From assembly GCA_907165135.1 (NCBI GenBank), contig OU015568.1, positions 16,751,208 through 16,815,207 of the forward strand: a stretch of DNA of 64,000 nt, given 5' to 3'. The stretch comes from Oikopleura dioica. Lineage: Eukaryota; Animalia; Chordata. Of the stretch, positions 10,864-23,678 are shown piece after piece (position 1 is the first letter of the stretch; each line of letters begins with the position of its first letter). A program made the translations under genes and the position numbers. A model generated the notes under the pieces. It made no database searches, was not told the DNA's origin, and saw only the letters and a program-made list of their open reading frames with translations.

Positions 10864-13847
10864 TTAGCGGCTGGAGACGGAGATGAGACCGCAGTCGACC
10901 AGCTTCTGGATTTTCTGGGCAATGTCGGGGTTCTTCATGTGCTCCATCGCCGCTTGAGGGTTCTGCTGCATCTGAAACCGGGGTTTAGTTGAGAAATCCG
11001 AACATCGGCAATATCGGGCCGGATTTCGAAATTATATCGGTAATCTTCGACATACAATAGCAGTTTTTTGCCCATATCTTCCCCTGGGCTCGGCAAACTG
11101 AGCTGTGTATAAACCTGTCACAGGTCCTGTTTCCTGTTTTTGGGGAACCTGTCTGAGTACCTGTGTAAAATCGGGTAATAATTTGGGCATGTCCTGTGTA
11201 CCTGTGTAAAATTGGGGAAAAAATTTTCTTTAGCTGTCCCTGTTCTTGTTTCTGTCTTAAACAGGCCTGTGTTTCCCGCTCAGGTCCTGACCGTAGACGG
11301 GTTCCCGTGTAACAAGGTCAGGAACCGCATAAGTCAGGGAAAATGTTTAAAGAAATCAATAGCGAAAGACGTAAAAGGAGTTCAACAATCAAAATATCCG
11401 ATAAATTCGCGTCTTTTTGTTTCCTTGTAATATTTTTTCTCAGAAATATCCTGTTTTCTGACCTGCTCAGACCTGTTCATGCAGGCCCTGACCTGTGTAA
11501 CCTGTTTGATAAGCTGTGTAAAAAAACCTGTCTGAGTACCTGTCTAAAATCAGGATATTTTTGCTTCCTGACCTGTGTACCTGTGTAAAATATGGGACAG
11601 AAATTTTTTTTCCTGTTCCTGTGTCTGTTCCTGACACAGTTTGCCGAGCCCAGATCTTCCCCTTTGGCCTATAAATTTACCTGTTCGAGGATCATTCTCA
11701 TCGATGGGTCGCCCATGATCGCCTGGATCTCTGGGTCATTCATCGCACGGGCTCTGACTTGTTCGGGGTCGTTTCTGGCGGCGTACTTCAGCGACATCAC
11801 TCTGTTCATGCCGTCCTGGGCTTCTTTGGCGTTGGGGTCGAGTTCGATTGCTTTCTAAAGAAGAATCGTTTTTTTCTCGTAAATAAATCTTCCACTTACT
11901 CTGTAGGACTCGAGGGCATTGTCGAGCTGTTTCTGGGCTTCCAAAACGGAGCCCTTTCGGATCCAGCATTTGACGAAGTCGGGCTTGAACTTGAGCGCCT
12001 CTTCGCAATCTTTCTGCGCTCGGTGGAACTCCATCAACTTCGCGTAGCAGCCGGCTCTGTTCGAAAGGAGCTTCGCTTTCATGTCCTTAAATCCTTCATC
12101 ATTTTATGAAAGAGAGGTTGAAACTTACGCAGTCTCCATCAGCAGTTCGCTTGAGCCCTTCCTCGTACGACTTGATCGCGTCTGGGAAAGCACCCTTTTT
12201 GAAGAACTCGTTTCCTTTGTCCTTTGCTTCCTGGGCCTTCGTTTCATCGAAATAGGCCACTCGCTTTGCTTCCTTCGCTTGTTTTTCAAGCTAGATTTAG
12301 GTTAGACTGAGTAGAAAAGAAGAGGGATGACTTTACCTTTTGAACTATCTGGAGAGTGTCCTTTTCTCGGTGCTCGGAGAGCGACTTGTTGTACCACTTG
12401 ATGGCTAAAATTAACAAGTAAGACTCTCCTATCTTTAGCTAGAAGATTACCATCATCAAAGTTCTTTTCCTTCTCGTAGCACATGGCAACTCGTTTGAGA
12501 GCCTTGGCAATGGTCTTGTAATCTGCTCGGTTTTCTCGACCAACATCGACGGCTTTCAACGCGTATTCCCGGCACTGGTCGTAGTTGTCGATCTTGCCGG
12601 TCTTGGCCATTTCGAAGTAGCAGGTGGCCAAGTTGTTGACGTAAATCATCTCAGCCGGATCGAGCTCGACAGCCTTTTTGTAGTTCTTGACAGCGTTGTC
12701 GAAGTCTTTCTTCTTGTAAAACTCATTTCCAGCCGCCTTGGCTCGTTTTGCCTCTTCTTTTTCTTCGTCGATTGGTACTGGCTCTGGCTCGGGGGATTTC
12801 GAAGGCGTTGGCTCTGGCTTGGACTGCTTGGGCTCGGAAGGACCGGAGTCGGTGTCCATGTCGTCGAAGGACATTTTTGGACCTTTGGGCATTTCTTGGT
12901 TAGCTTTGTTGTCGGCAGTGGGGTTGACAACGGGATTGCCTTGGTCATCGGCGCCGAGGTTGATTCCGAACATGACTTGGAGAGTCGCTTGCATTCGAGG
13001 ATCGCCCATGTGCTGAAAGAAATGATGATGAAAGGAAACAACGAAGAATATAGAAAGATCTCCTCAAGATTATTCACAAAACTGATTTTTGTGGGTCCAA
13101 AATTATTAATAAAATATCAAAAATCAAGCCCAAGAATGTCGATTTTGGCACTAGAAATAATTGCACCCTTCTCTGATTGGCTGAAAATTGACAATATAGG
13201 GTCGATCATCAAGAGCTTTACCAACAATTTAGGGCGGAAATAATGATAACTTGCAATGAATTATGAAAATTTTGTGATTCTACCTTCATGGCATTGGAAG
13301 GATTGGCAGAAAGCTCCTGAAGCATCTGCAAATAAGAAGGATCGCTCATGTAATTCTTCGTTCGCGGATCGGTCGCCAACTTTTGAAAGATTTCAGCCGG
13401 ATTTCCGCCGAATGGATTTCCCATCGGCTGCGAACCGCCGGGGCCGGAGAGTTTGTTCTTGAGGTTCTCAACTTCGGTCTTTGTCGCGGCGTTGTTGGGG
13501 TCGAGCTTGAGAGATTCTTCGTAAGCGATTTTCGCCTCTTCAAGTCGGTTCAATCCGACCAAAGCGGCTCCCTTCCGCGAGTAGCCTTTTGGCCATGTGG
13601 GCTCAAGTTCAATTGCTTTCACTGCGTCGCTAGAAAAGAAAGATTAGAGATAGAGAATAACGGTGGATTCTTACTCGTGAGCTTTCTGGTATTCACTCTT
13701 TTTCGCGAAGGCGGCTGATCGGTTCGAGTAGAAGACCTTGTTTGTAGGATTCAAGGCGATCGCTTCGGTATATTTTCCGATGGCTCCATCCAAATCGTTC
13801 TTTTTGAGAAGCTCGTTTCCTTCGTTTTTCAAAGCGTCCGCGCTCAT
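10864..13847 (-). CDS. STIP1: Stress-induced phosphoprotein 1 (Hsp70/Hsp90 organizing protein HOP), multi-exon
   Basis: TPR1 ([15 protein letters not shown]...[21 protein letters not shown]), DP1 ([10 protein letters not shown]), TPR2A ([14 protein letters not shown]), TPR2B and DP2 ([27 protein letters not shown]). Confidence 0.96.
11084..11653. mobile_element. hAT-type MITE in the last STIP1 intron
   Basis: TIRs ctgggctcggcaaa / tttgccgagcccag; 8-bp TSD atcttccc at 11076-11083 and 11654-11661; interior rich in cctgt/acagg motifs. Confidence 0.9.
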
Positions 13848-14636
13848 TTCTGTAACACGACTTTCTCTGAAATCAACGAGTTTTGAGTTTAATCTACTTT
13901 TATAAATAAGAGGGTAAGCGCGGAAAATCACAACTTTCTTGTTGTAAAATGAGTAATTTTCTTAGAAAAACTCAATCAAAAAGATCGATGATTGATCAGT
14001 CAACTTCTGACTGAGCGATCTTCAAAAATCTTCTTTCTTCGCGTCATTTCATTTCAATCAAACTTTTCTCTAATTCATGAAAAATACTCCTGGCAAAGTG
14101 TCAAGAATAAAAGTGAGAAAGAATTCTAAATCGAAAAAATCGAGAAAAAATGAGTCAGCGCGCTCCGACCAATGAATCGCTTCTTTTTCCGACAAACCAA
14201 AAATTCCAGAATTTACGAGAAAGCCCTAGAAACTCAATTATTTCTGATTTTCTCAATTTTATTTTTATTAAGAAAAATATCAATTTTCTTCAGTAAAAAT
14301 TCATCAACAAATTTCTAAAAAAAATTTCAATTTTAATTTTTCTTCTGAAAATTTTCCCTCCAAAAACCAGTTTTTTCAGAATTCCTGGATAGTCAAGGTT
14401 GACCGCTTTTAACTGCTGAACTGATCCGGCCCAGGGGCCAAAATTAGCGCTGTTTTTTCAAAAAGCAATAATAATAAATTTCGAGAAAATTTCCTTCTAA
14501 GATTTTTTTCTCAAGAGATTTTCTCAGTTTTCTTTTTAGAAATGATTCGATAGGAAAAACAAGAAAGAGACGAAAATTGAATTGAAATCGAAGAATTGTG
14601 AAAACGGAAAATTCAAGAAAAAAAGAATAATCGAAG

Positions 14637-17600
14637 ATGTTTTCCGTTCAGCAAGCTTTGGAGAAAATTTCGAATGATCGCGAATTGAAAAGAAGGTACT
14701 GCCACTTCATACTGTATCCTTGGCTCGGCACTCTGCGTAGAAAACCTGAGTTAGGGTCCAAAGAGCCGTTCCGTGGCTTTACATTGAAGATCTTTCAAAT
14801 CCTGACTCAGGTTTTCTTCACAGGTTGCTGAGCCAAGGTTTAGTTTCTTTTTCCGCTAAAAACCCGTGTTTAGCCACAATGCGGAGTTGAAAAAAGAAAC
14901 CTCTTCTGCCCTGCTCCGCCTCAAAGATCCCGATCAAAATCCCGAAAAAGAAGATCTTCAGCAAAAATCCTCTCGCCATGCGGAAATCGCGATTCGCACA
15001 CTCGAACTCGGCTGCAAGTCGAAATCCCCGTCGATTCAAATTGTCGCCATTGACACGCTTTGCAAAGTTCTAGCGCACGCGCAGTATCTCGGAAATACGC
15101 CCGACCCAGACGAGGAGAATCCAAATCGTTTGGCGATTGATCGCGTTTTGTTATCCGTCGCGGACGCGTTCCAAGGAGTCAATACAGACGAAAACGTACA
15201 GCTTCAAATCATCAAGGCGCTTCTTACAGCTGTTAGTTCCAACCACATCGCCGTTCATGAAACTACGCTGCTGAACTCGGTGAGGACGATCTACAACATT
15301 CACCTGGCTTCAAAATCGCTTGTGAATCAAACTACTGCGAGAGCGACATTAACCCAAATCCTGTCATTGGTGTTTTCGAGAATGGAGACGGCTGCCTTGG
15401 AAGAAATTGAATACATTCAGGTTCGAGAGCTTCATCTTTTCTTCTCTTATAATCGCAAAATAGAAATATATTCTGATTAACCCTGCAGAGGTAAAACACT
15501 TATAATTTATCCTTATCCCCATTTATCTTCTCCTAAATCCAGGGCCAACTTTTAACCAATTTTCAGGAAGAAGAAAAGCTACTAGAAAACTCTTCCGACG
15601 ATAGCTCGGAATCAATCGCCAAGTACGCGTTAGATCTGGCGATTCTCCGGGCAACGCGAAAGAAAACCAACCTCGCCGTTCTCCAAAAAGACGCATTTCT
15701 CGTCTTTCGATCGTTATGCAAACTTTCCATGAAACCTCTGGCAGATGGTCCTCCCGATCCTCGATCGCCAGAGCTTCGATCCAAAGTTTTATCTCTTCAA
15801 TTGATCCTATCCGTTCTTCAAAACGCTGGGCCGGAGTTTCGACGGAATGCAACCTTCTCAAATGCTATCAAACAATATCTCTGCGTCGCTCTTTCCAAAA
15901 ACGGCGTTTCAACGGTCCCAGAAGTTTTTGAACTCAGTTTGGCGATATTCTTGAGCCTCTTGTCCGGCTTCAAGACGCATTTGAAGGCCCAAATCGAAGT
16001 TTTCTTCAAGGAAATTTTCTTGAGCATCATTGAAAGTCCCAGTTCTACGTTTGTCCACAGAGCGCTGGTTCTTGAGGCCTTAGCGAGGATTTGCGCCGAC
16101 AGTCAATCAGTAGTCGATCTTTATGTCAACTATGATTGCGACATCAACGCTGCGAATATCTTCGAAAGACTGGTCGGCAACTTAGCCCGACTGGTTCAGA
16201 CAAAAACGAGAAAAGCGGAAGATTTTGAAGAGGAGTCGATAATTCGGATGAAAGCGCTTGATTGCTTGGTGAATATTTTGAAATGCATGGCCGAGTGGTC
16301 CCGTGATTTGTACATCAATCCACACTCGGAAATGTCCATCATGGGCAAAGAGTTCAGATCCGCAAGCGAAGTAGACACACTCGAAGTTGACACAAATGGG
16401 GTAACATCAACTTCCGACAATAGCGATTCTGGTTACAAACAGGGCGAGTCCCAAATGATCGAGCAACTGGAAAGGCTAAAAAGTCACAAGGCAAAGCTCG
16501 AAGCCGCCATTGCCCTCTTCAACAAAAAGCCAAAGAAAGGGTTGAAAGCGTTCATCGAGCTTGATGTAACGAAAGACGACCCGAAAGAAATCGGTAAATT
16601 CCTCCTCCGCGAAGAGCGATTATCCCCAGACGCCATCGGAGAACTCCTGGGCGAAGGAGACCAATACAACATCAACATCATGCATGCATACGTCGATTTG
16701 CTCGATTTCTCGCAGCTTGGCTTCGTCGCTGCAATTAGGAAGTTCCTTTCAGGCTTTAGGCTGCCTGGAGAAGCGCAGAAAATTGATAGACTAATGGAAA
16801 AACTAGCCGCTCGTTATGTACAGTGTAATCCTGAAAATGCTACTTTTGCTTCTGCCGATGCTGCTTACGTTTTAGGAAAGGGGTCACTTTAATCCTTATT
16901 TAGCAAACAGAGAGTTCAAAATAACGACCCCGTGAAAAGCTTATAGTATAATTATGCTGACAACAGATCTACACTCCGCTCAGGTCAAGAAAAAGATGAC
17001 CGTCGAAGATTACATCAAAATGAATCGCGGAATCAACAACGACTCCGACTTGCCGCCAGATTACTTGACGGCAATCTACAACGAAATCAAGGAAGAGCCC
17101 ATTTCGCTCAAGAAACAACAGCATCATGCTCCCGAAAATGCAACAATGACTGATAAGCTCCGGAAGAAAATCTACGAGTCGGAGATGGAATCCATCGCGA
17201 CTACAGCTAAGGCGTTGATGGAAGCTGTAAGTCACGTGACAGCAACTTTCGTTTCTACTTCGCATTCCGAGCATGTCAGGCCAATGTTCAAGATGGTTTG
17301 GCGACCTGCTCTCGCCGCATTTTCCTTTCTCTTACAATACCAAAGTCAGAAAGAAATCGTCTCCCTGGTTCTTGATGGAGTTCGCTGCGCCATCCGCCTC
17401 TCAGGAATCTTCAGATTAGACTTGGAACGAGACAGTTTTATAGGAATTCTTTCGCGCTTTTCGCTCCTTCAGCAGACTTCAGGAGTTCAAGAAATGCAAA
17501 CGAAAAATATCGACGCAATCAAAACTCTCATTATGGTCGCTTACACGGACGGTAATTACTTGGGAACAACTTGGGCGGAAGTTTTACGCTGCATTTCGCA

Positions 17601-20564
17601 GCTAGAATTCCTCCAGCACATCGGCACTGGTGTGAAGGAAGCAGGAGGAGATAAATCACATGATCTTCAACGATCCCTGGCGGAGACCTCGATTCAATCG
17701 GTCGTTGTTGCTGTGGACAAAATATTCGCTGAATCTTGCAAGTTGAATGGTGAAGCAATTGTTGATTTCACCAGAGCGCTCTGTCAGGTAAACTCTTTTT
17801 CCTTCCTTTTTATCTGATCGTTTTGTAGGTGTCCGCAGATGAGCTGAAGCAAAGTCCCCCACGAATGTATTCGTTGACAAAATTGGTGGAGATTTCGTAC
17901 TACAACATGGGCCGTATTCGTCTTCAATGGAGTCGAGTTTGGTCCGTCCTTGGCGAGCATTTCACCAAAACTGGCTGCTCAGAAGATGGTGAGACTTTTA
18001 ATCTTGCTTTTTCTTTTTCAATTATTTCTTTCAGAGTCAATCGCTGCCTTCGCCCTTGATTCCCTCCGCCAACTGTCGATAAAATATCTCGAAAAAGGAG
18101 AATTGCCCAATTACAAGTTCCAAAATGATTTCCTCCGTCCGTTTGAAACGATCATGAAGCGTACTACATCACTTGCCAATCAGGTTAGTTTTCAAGCCCG
18201 ATTCGACCATCTCAAAACCCAACTAGGACCTCGTTCTTCGCTGCATCGCGCAACTTGTCGACTCCAACCAGCACAACATCCGCTCTGGTTGGAAAAATGT
18301 CTTCGGCGTCCTTGGAATCGCCGCCGGATCCGACCGAGAAGCGATTGTCGAACTCGCTTTCACAACTACAACTTTGATTGCGAACCAAACTGTTGTTCGA
18401 AATTGGGGAATTCTAGCGCCATACCTACAAGACTGCGTCAAGTGCTTGTCCGAGTTCGCGTGCAACCCGCAGTTTCCAGATACGTCCATGGAGGCGATTA
18501 GGCTTATCAGAGTTGTTGCTGATCACATTGCCGCGAATCAGAAAGCTTTCGAAAGCTTGTCAGGAGATGATATTTCGAATATTCCACTGGGCGATCGAGT
18601 TTGGCTCAGAGGCTGGTTTCCGCTTATGTTTGAGCTTTCCGCAGTGATCAGGTTAAATAAATGGCTCTTCAATTTCAGCGCTTGAAATCTTGCTATTGTA
18701 TTTATTCAAATTTGAAATCAGGACACCGATAGGGACCAAAGACGAAGAGTAAGCACAGTAATAACTGTTTGAAAGCTTCATGCATATTAAAAATGAAGCT
18801 TTCGAAGCTCAAACACTCAAAACTTGAAAAACAGCTTTTGAATTAAGAATTTCCATGTCTATATTTTGTAACAAGAAATCACAGACAACACTAACGCTTC
18901 TTACGAACATTCTAGCGCTTGTTTTTTTACTGAAAATTCTAGTCGATGCAAACTGGATGTGAGGACGAGAGCGCTGACTGTTATGTTCGAGCTGATCAAA
19001 TCCCATGGTGGAAATTTCAAACCAAATTGGTGGGAAGGTCAGTAACCCTTTCCCAAGCCCTTTTCCATGATTTTTCCACTAGATTTGTTCAACGTCTTAT
19101 TCCGCGTTTTCGACGGGTTGAAGTTGCCAGAAGCCGTCGAGCGGCGGGAATGGATGGACACAACTTGCCACCACGCTCTTTTCGCCGTCTGCGATGTGTT
19201 TTCGTACTACTACTCGACGCTCGCCCCACTGCTGTTAAAAGACATGCACAACCATTTGGTCTGGTGCATCAAGCAAAAATCCCCCCAACTCGCCCAAGGA
19301 TCCTGCAACTGCCTTGAAAATCTTGTCCTCGCAAATCAGGTGAATTTTCTTAAATTTCTAGCGCTAAAAACTCCTTCACAAAGGCGGTGTTTGACGAAGC
19401 AGAGTGGAAAGAGTTCCTCAACTGCTTCAGAAGAATCAAATCCGAGTCCGATCTTTCCGGACAGCCGGAAATTCAACGAATGGTCGAAAAAGAGCTCGTT
19501 CATGCGATTGAAGCAGTCTTGAACACGACTAAAAAGGCCAAACGAAGTCCTTCGGTAAATATTTTGAATTCTTTTTGATGATGTCCTTCTAATAATGAAA
19601 TGTTCACCTTTCAGGTCATAACTTCATTTTACCACTTTCGAAATGAATTATGTTATTTTTGGGTAAAATTTTTTATCAAAATTGAGCTGGTATTAAAAAA
19701 ATTCTTTGGAATCTTAGCCTGAGCCCAGCAGCCTTGTAGAAAACATGAGTCAGGATTCTGAAAGAGCGTTGATGAGAATTTTCTTTCAGGACCCTGACTC
19801 AGGTTTTCTACACAGGCTGCTTACTAAGCAGTGCTTAGCCCAGATCTTAGCTGTAGAAATCCAAAAGAAAACCTTTTCCTAACACTTCTTTTTTAGGAAA
19901 CGGATGAAAAATTAGAAAGTCTTTCCGCTCCCGGCTGGGTTCTCTTCGAGCTCTGCGAGCTCTTAGGCGACATTGGCGCAAAAGCCCGCGCTCCTCACAC
20001 TTCTCAACAAGCCTGCATTCGGCAATTACAGTTGCTCTTCCAGCTCGTTTCTTATGATGAATTCGCGGAAAGGGTGCACAATCAACTCAAAGAAAGCTGT
20101 AGCTTTGTAAGTTTTCTTTCCTCCTTCATCCTCTATTGCTTTTTCAGGCTCTAAAATCTGTCCTTCAAAACGCAACTTACCATTCTTGGCAACTAACGCA
20201 AGAAGTTATCAATGGAGTGTTATCCCTTAACTCTCAGGTAGGAAATCGCATTCGCATCAATTATAACTAAGGAAGCGACAAAAATGGCCAAAAAGATTTT
20301 TGTCCTTCTGATTGGTCGAAAAATGTCGCAAAAGCGCGATCAGATATGCGACAAAATTTATGTCGCTGTCTCATCGAATTTTTGAAAATCGATCTTTTGT
20401 CGCTTTTCCTAAATTTGCTCTAGAAATTCGCCATCCACGCTGCTACAATTCACAAGCTTCTGTGCGACCTGCTTATCATCGAATGTCCCGTCGAAGTTCG
20501 CCAACTGATGTCCAAGTATTTCATGCGCGCCGGCATGCTAGCTGGCCTCACGCAAACCAGTTAA
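14637..20564 (+). CDS. ARFGEF1: Brefeldin A-inhibited Sec7 ArfGEF (BIG1/BIG2 type), multi-exon
   Basis: DCB and HUS segments (LYVNYDCD), Sec7 domain ([33 protein letters not shown]), and HDS segments ([30 protein letters not shown]). The BIG1 versus BIG2 paralog cannot be resolved. Confidence 0.93.
14719..14837. mobile_element. Short MITE (cctgagtcagg family) in ArfGEF intron 1
   Basis: cttggctcggca...tagaaaacctgagttagg mirrored by cctgactcaggttttcttcacaggttgctgagccaag. Confidence 0.8.
19719..19843. mobile_element. Short hAT MITE (cctgagtcagg family) in an ArfGEF intron
   Basis: Family TIRs; 8-bp TSD atcttagc at 19711-19718 and 19844-19851. Confidence 0.88.
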
Positions 20565-21215
20565 AAGTCGATCTTTCAATAGTTTCGTTCCACCATGTGC
20601 AATATCTTATTTCTAATTTTCTTATTGGTTAAATTTATAATTTCATTCAAAAAAGCATCCTGAAAAACATTCGCCATTTTGGAGGTAAATAACCCGCGCG
20701 AAAAATTTTTTCGACAAAATTTGCGTGGGCGGCAATTCAGTCATTGATTGGCCGAAAGGGAGAATCGACGTTTCTGATTAGCTAGTTGAAAATCTAAAAT
20801 TCGGATTCGCTAAACATTTTAGCCAATCAGAAGAGTCGACTCAGCTTATCGGCCAATCAGCGACAAAACTGCCACCAACACCATTTTTGTCGCTAGAATT
20901 TTGACGATTCGTGGCGTTTGCCTCCATTTTTTTGTAAAAACCAGCCGCCTGCTCATGCGTAACCATATAAAAATCGTATATTCTTCAAACTTCATATATG
21001 ACTCTACTATCGAGCCCCGAATTCTAGAGCTGGGCTCTGCTAGACGACAAAAATTAATAATCTTTTAACCTTACTCCTTCGTCGCTTCTTTCCTCTGTTT
21101 TTTTGTTCAATCATCCTATCATAAGTCTGATAATTAGATTGCGAAAATTCTACTTCTGTTTTATTTTATAATGAAAATAAAGGAAAATCAGTATTCAGAG
21201 TTCAAAAGTAAAATC

Positions 21216-23629
21216 ATGGAGTTTTTGTCTGAAGAGCTTCAAGAAGAGCTCGAATCGTTTGTCGCGATTTTCGAAGAAACGGAAATCAAAAATTTGGAAA
21301 ATGGAGTGAAATTGAAGCTTGAAATTTTTCCTTCAGATTGGTTTTCAATTTATATTTTTTTTTGTAAATAGTGTGTTTTTCTAGCTTTGTAAAATCAAAT
21401 AGAAGCCATAAAAATTGATTCTAACGATATGGTTGATGAAAATTTCTCCCAAAAAGGGTGATTTTATTTACACTACTCAGGCCGTGTCGCCTGAAATTTT
21501 GGCTGTGATCAGAGGAGTTCACTTGTAAGGACGAAGAACTTCTGAAATACTGCCCCTCATAAATCGATAGCTTCAAAAGTAAACGCTTTTGAACATATTT
21601 TATTAAAATTTCGATGCTGCCCCAGAATTAAAAGTATCCCAGGGTAGGTTTAAGGCTAGGGTGGTCGATTTGGCCCAAAGCAGGGCTCATAAACTCTGGA
21701 CTTGTGAATGCCAGAGTACCCCATAATAGCTTTAAATAGAGATCCATCCTAGATCTTATGAATTACAGAAGCTTTTTCCGTCATCCAAAGAAAAAAGCCA
21801 CTTCCGGTGCCTTCAAAGTTGGCATCTCGGCCAAAATCGCGAAAATAGCCCATCTTCAAGGCTCCAAAACTCCAAAGTTTGCATTATGGTCCTATCAACT
21901 CTTACTATTTTTCGATTTCTTAGACCCTAATCTTAAAATTTACAGAAGATTTTTTTTATTTGATCATTTTTTCTTTAGAAAATTTTTCAATAAACCAAGG
22001 TAACTATTTTTGACTATTCATTCCTATGAAATGCCCTGCGGGCATAGCCTAGACGCCACAAGCCCTACCCTAAATGAATGTCCTTAGAGTTAGCTTTCCA
22101 AAAATGTATCATATGCCACTATTGTAAAGGGTTGAAATTTCAAAATATTTGGTTCACTTTCAAAATACACTAATTTTCTGCAGCTTTAGTCGCAATTTCC
22201 GGGAGATCGAGTAGAGATAGCCAAAAAGTGCATAAGGAGTTTTTTGCTCCAAATTTTCCGAGGAATCCAAAAATGCGGGTCAAAAAAAGAACCTGAGACT
22301 TGGCCAAAATCGACCACCCTAGCCTTAATCTCATGAATACGAGTGATCTCCTCTGATCACAGTCAAAATTTCAGGCAACAAGTCCTGATAGTAATATATA
22401 TATGTGCTAGGGTCCGGAAGAGCTGTAACGAGAATTTAGACCAACTGCTTCGTTAGAATTCATCTTTATGGCTTCTTTTTCTTAAATCCATTTGAAAACC
22501 AATTTCTGAGTCTGAAAATGACGAAGACAAACGGTTATCTTGTACGATCGAAATCGAGGCTCAAAATGACGAAAAGGCAATTTCCATCTCTCGCTGCAAA
22601 GGTTTAACCAACGAGCGGCAGCTTCAACTGGATAAAATTGTGAAAGAAATGGTCGAAGCGGAGGATTCTTTGTTCGAAATCGTCGACGCCATTCGCGATG
22701 AAATTTCGAATATGAATGAAGTTCCCGATGGAGAGTGCCCCATTTGCCTGGAGGAGTTTGAATCGTTCGAAGAAAGCGAGAAGCTTGAATGCTATCATTT
22801 ATTCCATCGAGACTGTCTTTGGCAGTTTTGGAAGAGTTCCTTGCAGACAATTTGCGAGGAGAACAAGTCCCTGCCCGAGGATCACAAGAAACCAGAGCAA
22901 GTTTTTTGCCCAACCTGTCGAATAATTGTCCATATTCCAAAACGGAAAATTCTTAAATTCAAACCAAGGATACGAAAAATCAGCAACCGGGAAAGCCAAT
23001 TGATGGATAAATTTGCGACGATGGCGATCGAGAAACAGAAGAAGTTCTCGAAAAGTTTTCAGAGACAAATTGATGCAGGAGGACATTGGGACGAAAATGA
23101 AGGCATATTAATAGTGACGCGTGATCCTGTTCCTCCTCCAGTAACGGAAGACGAAGTTCAGCAAGAAGAACCAAAAACGGAGAATCCAGTAGTTGAGAAA
23201 AGGCCGGAAGTGACCAAGGAAAATCATAGAAAAAACTACAGACGGCCAAATAATAACCGCCGCCGACAAAATTGTACGGATAAAAATGATGAACAGAAAG
23301 AAAGTGGTACGGATAGTCAAAAACAACGGAACCATCCTCCTCGAAATCTCGAAAAAAGAAAAAACAGACAAAATAACAGACCTCGACCTCCACGGCCAGA
23401 GAATGATGAAGAAGAAAGTTCATCTCAGAAACCAAAAAATCAGCAAAGTCAACAAAATCGACGCCCTAGAAAACCAAAACCAAGAAATGAAGAATCGAGG
23501 AATGAAAACAATTCTAGCTCCAATAGAAATCCAAATAGTTCATCGAGACCTAACAACGCTAAACAAAACCGTCATCGGCCGAAAAAGTCGGAAACCCCTG
23601 CTCAATCAGTTCAAATGGATCAAGCCTGA
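21216..23629 (+). CDS. RNF25: RWD + RING-H2 E3 ubiquitin ligase (RNF25/AO7), multi-exon
   Basis: EELQEELESFVAIF at the RWD start, ISISRCKGL, a RING-H2 (CPICLEEF...CYHLFHRDCL...CPTCR) and a low-complexity Arg/Asn/Pro tail. Confidence 0.8.
21471..22392. mobile_element. ~0.9 kb TIR element in an RNF25 intron (TA-flanked, Tc1/mariner-like inference)
   Basis: cctgaaattttggctgtgatcagaggag and aaggctagggtggtcgattt on the left are mirrored by aaatcgaccaccctagcctt and ctcctctgatcacagtcaaaatttcagg on the right. Confidence 0.8.
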
Positions 23630-23678
23630 ATTCTAGATTTTTCAAATTTAGGATCAAAAATGATGAAAGAATTTTAGA

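Noticed and set aside
13850-14630. Heat-shock elements in the STIP1/ArfGEF bidirectional promoter
   Set aside because: Only partial nGAAn matches in AT-rich DNA; no convincing three-unit HSE.
20700-20880. Clustered CCAAT (gccaatca) boxes as a specific promoter
   Set aside because: Similar motifs also occur in introns and inside MITEs (8.8, 13.2, 30.9, 54.0 kb), so function cannot be assigned from sequence.
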